From the NCBI GenBank assembly GCA_046563655.1, contig CM102290.1, forward strand, positions 10,974,001 to 11,038,000: DNA of 64,000 bases, in the 5' to 3' direction. The stretch's first letter is position 1. Each line of letters starts with the position of its first letter. A program made the position numbers and the translations under genes. The DNA comes from Yuukianura sp. NJ FZ-2021. Lineage: Eukaryota. Under the pieces are notes generated by a model, which worked only from the letters and a program-made list of their open reading frames with translations, had not been told where the DNA came from and made no database searches. Shown one piece after another: positions 40,278-52,582 of this stretch.

Positions 40278-41561
40278 ATGATTTGTGGGCGGCGGAGAGG
40301 CCGATGGTTCCATCTTGGCCTAGCACTTCCAGTACCCCTGAGACCCCTTGCTCTGCTCGTCAGTGTCACTCTAGTCCTTCTGCATGGGGTCAAGTTGGAA
40401 GGAGCCATGTCAGGAGCCCAGGCCAAGTCATCGTCAACTGCCAACGGTCGCAGTGGAGTCATCTCGCAGTTCGTCACGGTCAACTCCACTTTCATCCTCA
40501 AGCATATGGCTGTGGACTCGGTCACGGGTCGTGTCTACGTTGGTGCTGTCAATCGACTGTATGCTCTGGATCCAAGTCTCACCCTAGAAGCTACAGTTCC
40601 CACTGGACCGAAACTGGACAATCCCAACTGCCATGCGTCAGGATGCTCAGCGCCACATGAACCTGGATCCAGTCACACGCCAGAATTACTCACGAACAAT
40701 GTCAACAAAGTGTTGGTGGTGGACGCTAGTTCCAGGACACTTATAACATGTGGGTCAGTGGCTCAGGGCGCATGTCACAAGTACAATTTGACAAACATTA
40801 CGATCCCACCCGAATTTGCTCCGCATGCTGTCGCAGCCAATGACGACGGAGCGTCTACCTTTGCTTTCATTGGTCAAGCCAAGTACTCGGCTTGGGCTGT
40901 TAGCAACGTCCTCTACGTGGGCACAACCTTTACGAGTAACGGTGACTTTCGGGATGACGTTCCAGCCATTTCGAGTCGGAACCTCTACAACCTCGAATTT
41001 GCCGAGTACTCTTTTGCTAAACAGAGCATGCTCCGAATTGACGTCAAGTACCGTGACCACTTCCTCGTCAACTACGTCTACGGCTTCAACGCTTCAGACT
41101 ACGCTTACTTTGTGATTGTGCAGAAACAGTCGTATCTTCATGGATTTGAAGAGCAGGGCTATGTGTCACGACTCGCTCGAACCTGCATCACTGATGCAAA
41201 CTACGACTCGTACACAGAGGTCACGCTGGAATGCGTTGGCCCCACCAGCTACCACCGTCCAAGTCCTGGAGCCACCCACTTCAACCTCATCCAAGACGCC
41301 AAGATCATTCCAGCTCGAGAGGACTTGGCCCGAAGTCTGGGCATTTCCCCTGGTGACCTCGTCCTTGTCGGAGTGTTTTCTCAGTCCAAAGGGATAACGA
41401 ATGAGCCCTTGGCCGACTCAGCAGTATGTGTCTACTCCCTTAAGGACATTGAGCTCAAGTTTACAGAGAACATTCACATGTGCTTCAACGGAAGTGTGGA
41501 GAATCGGAACATGGACTACATCTCAGGCCCGATTTTGGATGGGAAGTGTTTGGAACCAGGG
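40278..41561 (+). CDS. PlexB: Plexin-B, first coding exon (signal peptide + N-terminal ~400 aa of Sema domain)
   Basis: 428 codons from ATG 40278 to donor GGG|GTGAGT at 41561/41562 (phase 0); acceptor tttgtttcag at 40240. Hydrophobic signal LALLVSVTLVLLHGV, then plexin Sema motifs VYVGAVNRLYAL, TGPKLDNPNC, NNVNKVLVVD, LITCGSVAQGAC, VAANDDGASTFAFIG, DVPAISSRNL, YVYGF, SRLARTCITDANYDSYTEVTLEC, SAVCVYSLKDIELKFTENIHMCFNG. Subtype assigned from recalled similarity to arthropod PlexB. Confidence 0.95.
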
Positions 41562-41995
41562 GTGAGTTTGAATTTTTTTGAATTTTTTTTTAAAGTTTTG
41601 TTAGAAGTTGTGCCTATAGTAGTACTTATTCTTATTCTTTTCTTGCATCACTGGAATGTAAAAGTTCCTTTAATAGCTCTCTCAGTCATAAAATGGTTTT
41701 GAAACTGGGAGTGAACAAGGTAGAGATTCGTATCTTGGACAAGGGAAAATAGTAACTTGAATGTTGTTTTCCAATGAACCAAGGCGAAGGGGTTGGAGAA
41801 AAGTTTCAGGGTTCGAGGAATTCAAAATCCCCAGTGGGTTCTGGGCAATTTTTACTTCGCATACATTTGACCCACTTTTAATTTTTTTATAGTGGGCATA
41901 ATTCTGTAGAAACAAAACTGCATAATATGCTGATTTAGATAAGAAAAAATATCTGTTATATTTAGTATCTACAGAAATCTGGTGTTTGTTGGTCC

Positions 41996-42295
41996 CAGTG
42001 TTGTATATATTTCAGGGTGGGGTATTTTTTCGTTTTAATGAAAGAATCTGAAATAAATTAAAAAAAAACTGAAAAACTGAAGAAAACTGAAAGAAAGTGA
42101 AATTAATTGAAAATTTCATCTGGTTTTTTTTTCATTTCATCGAAACAAATTAAAAGAAAGTGAAAGAAATTGAAATATTTCGCTGAAATATTTAAGCTTA
42201 TCAGTGAAATAAATTGAATGTATTTTCAGTTTTTTTTTTTACTTTTTTTTTTTACATTTTTCACCGAAAAGTGAAATATTTCAGTTGTAACACTG
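41996..42295. mobile_element. hAT-type MITE (300 bp)
   Basis: Ends CAGTGTT...AACACTG; flanking 8-mers GTTGGTCC (41988-41995) and GTTAGTCC (42296-42303) match 7/8, as expected for an 8-bp TSD. Interior is packed with TGAAA/TTTCA repeats. Confidence 0.75.
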
Positions 42296-42310
42296 GTTAG
42301 TCCGTGTGTA

Positions 42311-43666
42311 GAGTATGACGGGGGCAGTCGGATAGTTTTTTGTTTAGAATTCTGCTGTAATTAATTGGTTAAGATTTTTGAAAATTTGTTTTTGTAGCAT
42401 CATATTTTATACGATTCTCTACAGAATGTCTAATTTTGCGGAATATTGAAATGTTAATTAGTACGCTAAAAATCGTTTCTTAAAAAAAGTAGCAAACTAT
42501 CCAACTGACCCCATGCACGGGGTCAGTCGGATAATAGGATGGGGTCAGTCGGATAATTCAAATCGTAACTTAGATTTCGCTTCCATCAGTTTATTTTTGA
42601 TTAAACCAAAGATCAAAATGAATTGACAAGTTATTTTTTATTGGAACAGTTTAACTTGTTTTAAGTTTCCACGCTTTGAGGTCGGGTTAGAACCATTTGG
42701 TACGGAAGTAACCATCTTAGCCTTCTTTTTGTTTTGGGTTTTGGTTTTCTTGGCGGGTTTTTGACGCAATAAACGCTCCATTTCCTCAGCTCTGACCACG
42801 TTTAATGTTGGCGTATCTGCCAGCACGCAGGATTTTCTCTTCTTCCCTCTGTTGGAAGTTTTCCTTGGTCCCGCCTTCGGATGCGGAAGGATTGAACGCA
42901 AAACCTCAGGAGTTGACAAGTGATTTGCCGAGGCTGAAGTTGGTAGAAGAATGGGAATTTGAGCACCTTCGCGTTCATACTTGCGGTCAGTTAAGTTTGA
43001 TGGTAAAAAGTCTGACTCCTTACAAATATCTGGCTGTAGGGTCCGCATGCTTTTTAAAGTGCTCCAAAAATGTCACAAAATTTTCTTTTTGCATCCACCC
43101 CGAACAGTTGGAAATTCCAGTGCAACCAATAGGGCCATCAGAAATGAAATGTTCATAGGTAATTACGTCAGTAATTACGTTTAGATCAACACCTCGTTGC
43201 GATTTTCGGATACGTTTTCGTAGCATCGCTAGAAGCATATAAAAACAAATTATCCAACTGACCCCAAGGTTGATTATCCGACTGACCCCAACCTTTCAGT
43301 TTTTAAAATAATTTAATTATCTAATTCAACTTAAGAGTAAAAATTAAAAATCTTACCGTGAGTGATTCACATTCGTATGTGGAACATTCCTGATATTCAA
43401 ATGATCAATTACAATGTCTACTTTTATTGGGATCCCTCTTCTAGTAACAAAGTTAAAATTTTACTTTTGACTTTTTTGAAGGTACTTTTTTTTTAGAATT
43501 AAGTTAAACAAAGCGCGCACTCCTAACAAAGTTACTTTAGACTGCCGCCCCAAGCACACTCCTTAAGGAACATACTCTGAATTTACCAGATTTTTAGATT
43601 CACTAATAAGAAAGATATTAACAATTATCCGACTGACCCCACTATCCGACTGCCCCCGTTCTACTC
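42311..43666 (-). mobile_element. Non-autonomous pogo/Tigger-like (Tc1-mariner superfamily) DNA transposon, internally deleted
   Basis: 26-bp TIRs GAGTATGACGGGGGCAGTCGGATAGT (42311-42336) and ACTATCCGACTGCCCCCGTTCTACTC (43641-43666), 2 mismatches. TA on both flanks (42309-10, 43667-68). Six more internal copies of GGGGTCAGTYGGATA, plus transposase remnants. Confidence 0.9.
42638..43238 (-). pseudogene. Fragments of a pogo-type DDE_1 transposase
   Basis: ORF 43020-43238 has GPIGCTGISNCSGWMQKENFVTFLEHFKKH (SGWM..E.F..FL.HF motif of DDE_1 transposases). ORF 42638-43048 has DFLPSNLTDR and ILPHPKAGPRKTSNRGKKRKSCVLADTP, resembling the C-terminal tail of arthropod pogo transposases. The HTH and most of the catalytic core are missing. 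Confidence 0.8.
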
Positions 43667-46600
43667 TACCACATGACATGGAAATAAGAAAATTAATAAG
43701 TTCTTCTTAAATATCTGTTATAATACTAAAAGCTTAAGTGAAAGCAAATAATATTATTTCGTTAAGCTTTTTTATGTTGGTGGTTACTAAATTTTCGCCG
43801 TATGTTGCGTAAATTCAAATTTTAAACTGGTAAAAGTGAACCCAGTGACCGCTGGAAGTGGTTAACCCTGAACCCGGGAATGAAGCAATGAAGCATACAA
43901 TGAGACTTTTGAGTTGAGTGGGGAGAACATTCCTAATTTGCTAAGGTCGACTGAAGAAGGAGTGTGAAATTATGATTTGTAACTTCGTTTCCATTTACTC
44001 GATTTCCATTGGGAAGTTCTCAAAAGTCCAAATAAGGTCAACGATACTCTCAATCTGAGGTTTTGGAAATTGGACGGGAGAGTTCCTTCCAGGAACTTTT
44101 GGAACCCGTTGGGCTCCTTCCCATTAACAAACGCTGCCTCAGCCCTCTAGTCTCTGCCCTTGTCTAGAAAAACAATGGTAAGTTGATGTCTAACCACAGA
44201 ATTGGACTCTACACTATTAGTTTTGAGCCTTTGATTTAGAAAATAGAAAATGAAATTCTATTTACAACCTAACTTTAGTCCTAAACCTAACGTTAACCTA
44301 AGTCTAGGCTGTTGCTGAACTTGGGGTGGACGGGCGGAGTTGTTTAATGTGTCCAAACTCTAACAAATTACATTCCTTCCTTTTCCAGCTGTCCAGGCAG
44401 TTCCTATGACTTTTTCTGGAAGCTGGACGCTGACGGTTTTTGGTGGAATGTTCTAGTTTCTGGCAACACAACAAAGCAAGCCGCTTCTTCCTCCACTTTT
44501 CCCCTAGTTGGTCGTAATGTTGTTCAAATAAGAAAAAAAGCGGAAAGAGGAAACAACAGTTCCCGAAGGAATTTCAATTCTATATCATTTCTGTGTTCTC
44601 GATTTTGGAGAAAGGCGCGGGCTCGAGTCTCGGTTTTGCTTTACTTTTTTTTCTACAGCCTTGGCAAAGACACATTTCACTGAGATTTAATATTAGATTA
44701 AACCAATCACATTTTTAGGACTTGGGAGGAAGGAAGAAATTGCAGCGTGAGGGATTCGAACGGCCGACGAGTCTTCTTCCTCCAGAAGTTTGGCTGGAGT
44801 CAGCTGCTGGAAGGCTGGAACGAGTTTTTCCAGCGGAACGCTGGAGCTGGAATGAAATGAAAGTAGGAGCATTGGGTCAAGAGCAATTTGAAGGCGTGAG
44901 GCGTGAAAGGTCATTTGGGACTCAAATGACCTCTCAAATTTTCAAAAGAGGTCAACGACCTCCGCAGTTTTTTGTTCCTGCAAAGGTGTTTGGTGTGATA
45001 GTGACTCTATTTTGGACAAGGTTAGGTTAGTTAGGTTTTGGAAGCTCCAAGGAAGTTCTCGGTTAAGTCGAAGGAAGGAAATGGGACATTCGTGTCACTT
45101 GGGCCAGAGATGAACTTACGACTTTCCAGTCCATTGGAACTGGAACTGAGCTTGACGGAAATGTGAGCACTTCTTAAGCTACTACCGACTGGCACCACAC
45201 ACGAAGAGAGCAGCGCTGGAAGACGCTGGAAGGACTAACGTAAATGTGAACCCAACATTCTCTACTGTGTCGAATCGCTGGACGACAACGACCTGAGCAA
45301 AATGAGCTCGCGAACCGTCCAGATGGAACACGGCTCATCATCTTCTTTTTTTTGGCGGGAAATGTTCAAAATTCATTTTTCAGTTGAGGGAGCACCAAGC
45401 CGTAACCCATATTCAAAAACTGGAGTTTTGAAATACGCTTTTTCAAAAACAGGAGGTGGAAAAACCTAATTTGAAAGAACTGGAGCGCTGTTCAGAGTGA
45501 TAAAGAACCTGTGGGCTGGAACCAATAGCCAAAACCTTTTGAGTGTCTTTGTTGTATCGCTCGACTTGCTGTTGTCGTTGACGCTGTGACCTTTGGTGAA
45601 ATATTGTAACATAAATGTAGGTTAACTACGCTGCAGCAAAGAAGTTGGGCAAGAAACAGGTTTATTTGCGGGTGAAAAGTCCTAAAAAGTGTTTTTTCCC
45701 TGCGTTTTTTGAAAATTGGACATTTTTTCATCTGTTTTAATGGAGAGGACTGGAGGGACTGAAGTTAGTTTACTCTTCGGTCGGAGGAGGAATTTTGAAC
45801 TGGTTTTGGTACACTACTGTAGCCGTTTGTGTTTGTAACTTGGTTAGGGAAAAGATGAAATGTTTTTTCGTGAATTGCCGGGAGCTGAAAAACCTTCGTT
45901 TCAATCTGGACCACAAATTCAACGTGGTAAAAACTGAGGCTTTTTTCTACTTTTTTTTTCTTTCTGGACTTTATAGTTGAGGAAGGAAAAGTTTTATAAG
46001 TTTTTATTTCAAATTATATTTCCCCCTGGGGCACAATGCAACCAGTAGGAAACGTTGTGGCGGGAAGGGAAAAAAAAACTAAATTTTGAATTTGAAAAAT
46101 GCATATGGCGGTTTACTCTAAGCTTACTTTTGTGGTTATGGATTTCCGAATTGGACCACAATGTCATGGGGGTCAATATAAGGTAATGGGGGGAGTAAAT
46201 TATTGGAAAATCGATCAGAATGTTGGTGGGAGTTTTGAAATTTAAAAACATTGGAAAATGATATGTTTTTTAAGTTTGAAGAATGGCGGGAAAAAGTAAA
46301 AGCAGGTGAAGGTTAGGATATCGAATACTTTTTTTTAGTATGGTGAAAGTACTGCCAGGAATTGAGCAATAGAAGACAATATTATAAGATGTGCGGAGAA
46401 AAAATTGCGCAGCGTGCGTTTTTTGTGACTACTGCGCATGCATGTAGAGAAAGTTAGGAGAAGTTGAGGTTTGGAGGGAAGGGAAGACAGAGAACGATTT
46501 GAATCCAATTTGATGTGAATTGGATCAAATGAAAGTAATAAATTCAATTCTTGTCTCAATTACTTTGTGTTGGGGTGGGTAAGAATTTGGGTAAAAGTTT

Positions 46601-47583
46601 CCGGGGGAAAGTGAGACAGCGGCGGAAGAGAGAGGGAAATGGCGCTAGGATTTGAAATGGTAGAAATGGCGGGAGTGGAGGAATGAAATCGAATCAAGTC
46701 CTATACTAGTAGAGTAAGGAGCAGATGTTGACGGGAAGAGGGAGAGAATTGACTAAACTTTATGTAACTACTGTGTTGCCCAATCTGGTGAAAGTTGGCT
46801 CTTTGGAGAAAGTCACCATTCAACCAAATACTGCTGTCTGAAGGTTCCTGCAGGTTCTGAAAACACAAAAGTTACGGTGGCAGGAAAGCACCACATAAGA
46901 AAAAAGAGAGAAAAGAGAGGCGGAACAGTTAAAGATTTCATCAAGACATTTCCTATGACTTTCTTTCTTTTGGTTTCTAAGCAAAAAGGGGAGAAAGTTG
47001 GTGGAAGACAAAAGCGGGCCAAATCAAAAACCTTGTAACTTGAACCCAAAAAACCTTAAAGGTTTACAACTAAAACCCGCCGTAACCATAAAGGGTTTAT
47101 ATTGTACGCGTAAATCTCCATAACCAGGAAATTTTCACAAAAGAAGGAAAACTGCGGAGGGAAAATTGCAGAACAGAAGGCAAATTTCAAAGCGAAAATT
47201 TTGGAAAAGATTTGAATTTTTTGAAGACAGAAAGAAAATTGTGGAGCCCTTGTGTTGCAAACCAGTTTTTTTTTAAGCGAATTGATTCACGCGAAAATAT
47301 TGAAAATACTAACGTAAGTGCTTTTTTTTTAAATGAAAAGACAGCATTACTTAAACTTTTAAAAAGCGATTTTTCTTGTTTTAGTCAAAATAATTATCCA
47401 ATCGTTATATCAAATTACCAAAGTTGAGTTTTTTTTTTTTTAATTTTTGGCTTTGGGTTTCATGTTTCAATTTTCGCTTTTTGGTTTGTATCATTTTTCT
47501 ACAAAAATCTTAAGAAAACTAAATAAATTTTCAAAATTAAAGAAATCTTAAGTGCTAATTATAATTTTTTTTTGTGATTTCAG

Positions 47584-47760
47584 GCCGCTGGAAATATTCC
47601 AAATTTTTGTGACGTGGGACTAAAAATTTCGGGTCAGATGCCGATTAGTGCTAGTGCTGGAATCGTATTTCCAGAAACACAAGTAACGTCCGTGACTCTG
47701 GCGACAACGGAACAGCATACCGTAGCCTTTGTCGGTACCAATCAAGGAATCATCAAGAAG
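47584..47760 (+). CDS. PlexB: Plexin-B coding exon 2 (Sema domain continuation)
   Basis: Acceptor tttgtgatttcag at 47583, donor AAG|GTAAGC at 47760; 177 nt, phase 0-0. Translates [59 protein letters not shown], with the plexin-type TVAFVGTxxGxxKK motif. In frame with the previous exon; not in the ORF track. Confidence 0.93.
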
Positions 47761-49575
47761 GTAAGCTACACATTCTGTATTCCACCTTAGCTTATGTTGG
47801 ATTTCAGACCTCGTGACCTTTGACCCCATTGTATACTAACTACGTAGGTCTAGAAAACAAAAGTTCAAGTTAGCTAGCGATGGAGCTCGCGCTTTCCCCT
47901 GAAGGCTAAAGTCCTGTTGGACTGTCGTCTTCCTACTGCAGTCGTCCCATTATCTGCACGCACACGGTGTTTTCACGGTGCTCGTTAGAACTGTCGTGCG
48001 ACGGAGGACTTGAGGGGAATTAAGCTAGGATTAGACTTTTAATTGTTCTTGTCATAATTAGCGAGACTTGGGATGATGGATTCACATGAGACAGGGCAGC
48101 TCCGAGGCTTAGGCGGAGAGTAGTGGTGGGCTGCGCAGATGGGATCTGCAGGGTGTGCGCAGGAGTGTCAAATTAAGAATGATTCACAAGTTTTTGATGA
48201 GACAGAATCCAGGGAAGATGAAGTGAATGATGTGGGATTTAGGGGAGATTGAAGGAAAAGAAGGAACGGAGGGTAATTTAAAGGCTAGGCCTCTTGGACC
48301 AACGTATTCTTACGGTGGAAACTTACTCGAAGGATAGATGGATGAAGGCAGAGTTGATTTCGTGTTTCCATTGGAATGCAGTTCCTTTGTTGTCCTCCGG
48401 CACTTCTTCTGCTCCCTTCATTGTTACTTCAAAATGGCTATACGAAAGAGATCCACTTCGGATGAGATGAAAACTTTTCAATTGGAGAGTTTAAGACTTT
48501 TGAGAGAGGATTTTTGAGACCTCATACTTCATTCGAGGTAGGTCAAAAAAATATCCCAAGGAGATCCGACAGAGATTTTGAAGAATTCGAAATTGAAGAA
48601 ATTGAAAGATGCTTTGATTCTTGAAAGATGCACAAGAAAAGTTGACATTTCAAATGTCCTTTTTCTGTCATTCAACGAATCAGGACAAGAATCCTTCTTT
48701 TTAAGAATTTTGAATATAGAAAACGGGGAAAGCTTTTGGAATTAAAATGTTTAAAAAATTTTTTGATTGTTTTTAGTTGTAGTTTTTACCCAAACTAAAC
48801 TCAGGCGGGATTTTGAGAAGTTTTTTGGATTTTTGTTTTTTTTTTTCGTTGTGATTTTCTTTGCCTTTGTGGAAATGTTAGACGTATTGATGATTCTGAG
48901 GGGCATGCGCTGGAGCAGCGTTTTGTGGTGCGTTGTTGTTTGGCTCTCCACCTGGAGCCAATGAATGTGTCTAATGGTGTCTTTGTAAAGGAAACAGTTA
49001 ATTTGCCTAAGTGTCTGGAGGGCTCCGGGTACTACTGTGAGACACTTTGAAGGCAGATCCATTTTGAATTTGAATTCTCCCTCCACTTTCCCAACTGCCC
49101 AAATATGGAAATGTGTTTCTTTTGGTCGCCATCTTCCGTTGTAGCCCTTAATGGACAAGTGCCTAATCCTAATGGCTCCCTTCCATCAGCCGAAGATAAT
49201 GGCCAAGGGACCTTGTCAGGAGGAAGTAAACTCTTATCCTAAGTCTCCACTGCCAAGTGGCGGCGGAGTTTAAAAAACGAAAAGCGGGTCGTTTAGTGTA
49301 ACGCAAAGGCAGGAAATTCTTGGCAAGTCTTGGATTGGAGTTCTGGAAGGTCAACTTTTGTGTAATAGTTTGTGGGTAATAGTAAAGGAGTGCGTGAAAC
49401 GTAAGGAATTTAATTAGAAAGTGAATTAGGGAAACGAGAATGAGTAGAGATGGGCATGGGATGAGTTGCCAGTTGGCAGGATGATGTCTCCTCATTTATT
49501 TCTTCCACTTCACTTGACCTGTCCAAGTCAATCCTACTGCCAATTCATCTTCCAGATGCCCCAAGCATCAATTAC

Positions 49576-49761
49576 AGTTGGACATCGGAGGTCGCAAGTA
49601 GCATTGGAGGTCGCAAGTATTCGCTAAGAGTTGGGCATTGCAGGTCACTAGCATCAAAATCAATTCAGAGTTGGGCACTGGGAGATCACCAGGATTAGCT
49701 AAGAGTTGGGCACTCGGAGGTCAGCTCACGAAAACCAGCTAGGAGTTGGGCATTGGATGTC
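49576..49761. repeat. Interspaced degenerate direct repeats (core AGTTGGGCAYTGGAGGTC)
   Basis: Cores at 49576, ~49600 (partial), 49629, 49669, 49704 and 49744, with variable intervening sequence. Confidence 0.7.
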
Positions 49762-52582
49762 AAAAGCATAACTGGACAGTTCAATACGGTTACTTGGTCA
49801 CTTTTTGGAATGGAATTTCTTTATTGCAGAACGGATATGATAAAATTTACGGAAAAAACTTGTTTTTCGAAATAAGAAAAAAAAATACATGATTTGTTGG
49901 AATTTTAAAAAGTATTTTGAGTAATCGGGTTCACAGAAAATTTTAGAGAAAATGAATGCGCGTGAATGCGGTCCCGGTTACGCTAAAAATTTTGGTGCGA
50001 TTTTTCTGAAAGGAAAAAATTGTTGGAAAAAATTCCTTCATGTTTTTCAGTTGTTTTTAAGTGGGTTTTTTGATTTTGATTTGTGAAGTAGAAATTTCAG
50101 TTCGTAATTAACTTTAATTTTGAGCAGTTTCAATTAGTTGGTCTTTGCGTCCAGTTACTTTAAAACTTGAAAATTATACAATTCAGTTTTCGTTAGGAGA
50201 GAGAACAAATTTTGGAGGCATAACAATGAGAATGGACGTTTAAAAGTGTGGAATTAGAGGGGCGGGGTTTTATTGTTTTTAAATTTTATTTCTTTTTGGT
50301 TCCACACCTTGAAGCATTAAGAAACCTCGGCTTAAAAGGTTTTTTGTTTTGTGGCGGCGGCATTGATTTTTTTTTGAAAAACAGGATTGAAAATGCTGCA
50401 CATGAGATGAGATTAGCTTAAGCATCGGCAATCTCCACGGTCCTCAAATGAAATTTTGGTTGATTTAAAAATGCAGAAGAGAGTATGTATCACTGTTGGA
50501 TCAAAAGAGTTTGAGGAGCGTAGTTTCCATTTGTGTTGTAAATCGTAATCTGGGACGATTAAGACTGGAAGAGGACTGGATTCCATTCACTTGTAACCTT
50601 TGCGTTTGGGCTCCATGTCACCCGAGAGAAAAACAAAGAAGTGGAATTGCATCTTCTTCAAAGATCTTCCCATGATTCGAAGATTCAATGACAGATCTCT
50701 CGTCATCCGCTTCACGACGACGGAGGAAAGTGGACCTGGCTTGAGTGTAATTTTATGGCTCTGGTTTTTTTTCAAATCTTCCCTCTCCATTAAGTTCTTC
50801 TAAAAAAAAAAGTTAGGCCAGAGACAATGATTTTGTTAGAAAAGGAGGTGGGCTGAGAGTAGGAGCGAAGTTGGAGACACTGCTAAAGTGATGATGGTTG
50901 TCGCCGCGTAAAATTGAGAAAATGGACATGGGTTGGGCTGTGACGGAAACCGTGGACTCACGGTGCTCCTGGTCCTAGTTCTGGACGGGAACAAATGTTC
51001 AAACCTGTTTTAGGTTTTAACTTTATACGAAGAGGTCACTGAAGAGAAGACGAGGCTGATTATTTTGAAAACTCCAAATTTGACATTGAAAACGTTTTGT
51101 TTCGACATTTTAAATGCGTCAAACGTCTCAAAAAAGTGAACGACATTGACAAATTTCTGATCGTTTTTACGTACAGTACTTATAAAATACCGTATTTCCT
51201 CACATACCTTTATTTTTATACGCTTTAGACCATTTTGAGACTCACTAAAAATTATTTTCCGACTAACAAAAAAAAAGTTTTTTTTGGTTCTAATTTTTTA
51301 AAATTCGCGGAGAATTACGATTATTTCCGTGAAAATAGGGTACTTTTTTAAGTGTGAAAGTGAATTTGAATTTTGAAGTTTTCTTTTATTTCAAAATTAC
51401 GAAAAGCGTTATGGGGACACAGAAAAGTGAGAAAATATGTTTGAGATGTAGTATTAAGTGAGCCGAAGGTGGTGGGATGCGATCCAGGAGCCACGACGTG
51501 GTTTCTGGAGAGAAGAGCCGTTTGACATCTGTCTGAGGAGAACCGTGGAGGGCTAATTAAGTAGGTGGGTTCAAAAAATTGAGGGCATGGAAATTAGACT
51601 TTTGGTTTAGTAAAGGTTTTTTCCGGGGGCGGGGTACTTAAGGGCCCACGTAGTCGTAAGAAGAAGCTGCTGTGAAGTGAAACCAGACGGGTTTCGAAGA
51701 TACACTTTTAGTTTTTGGTCTTCTATGGTGAAGGGTGTACATGGTTTTTGGAGAAGGCACGAAATGCTTTTTACGTAATTCATAATTGTATAATGTACAA
51801 CAAAAGGCGTAGGGCTGATGCGGTCACTTGAATTTCTGGAAGGGATCACGTAGCATGTGTCCGATGAAATTTGACCGACTTTTTTAATTGAAAGAAAAGA
51901 GATTTTTTTTTAAATTTGGAAAGTGGAAAATTCTGGATCATATTTTAGATAAATTTTGAGGTTGTGGAAGTATACATTTTGGATGTAGTAGAGAAGACAT
52001 TTTTTATGGGCAAACAATGTGAGGATGACTCACAAACTTTTTTTTTGAAATTTGGCAGCATAATAATTTCGGGGAGAAAGACCGAGGAAGCGGAGTCTGT
52101 CGATTGAGATTAGGTTTTGTGAGAGGGTCATAGAAGATAGTGGATGGATATTAAAAAACGAAGTGGATTTAACGATATTTCAAGTTGCCAGTTTTGCCCA
52201 TATGTGGTAGCCTGCTATATTTTCTCAAACTAGTCTAACCATCCGCTGCTTACCTAAACTCAAATGTATGTTAACCGAAACCCTGCTTGAAGAAAGAAAC
52301 TGACGTTGGTGAAAGTGGTAGAAGTCTGATAGTAATTTTGTCAAGGAAAAGTTGGATTTTTGTAATTGTTTTGCTGTGCATTTCATATAAATTTTTGTCT
52401 TTGCCGCACTTTTCGTGTTCAGCTTACTCACGCGAGACAAGTATGTCGGTATAAGTGACAAGCAGTGTATTTCGAAAATTCGAAATGAAAATTTTGAATA
52501 CAGTATATTGAAATCCAAATTTTGAAATTTGTAGTGTACATTGAAATTGAAATTATGAAATAATGCAAGATTTTGTTCTGGC

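Noticed and set aside
40214..41397. Overlapping alternative-frame and antisense ORFs (40214-40525, 40283-40660, 40755-41060, 40816-41115, 41116-41397)
   Set aside because: Shadows of the GC-richer plexin exon; no recognisable motifs.
41562..41702. Last 46 aa of the 474-aa ORF as part of canonical plexin
   Set aside because: A GTGAGT donor at 41562 and an in-frame downstream exon show this is intron read-through.
49576..49761. CRISPR array
   Set aside because: Eukaryotic intron, degenerate repeats, linkers partly related to each other, no cas genes.
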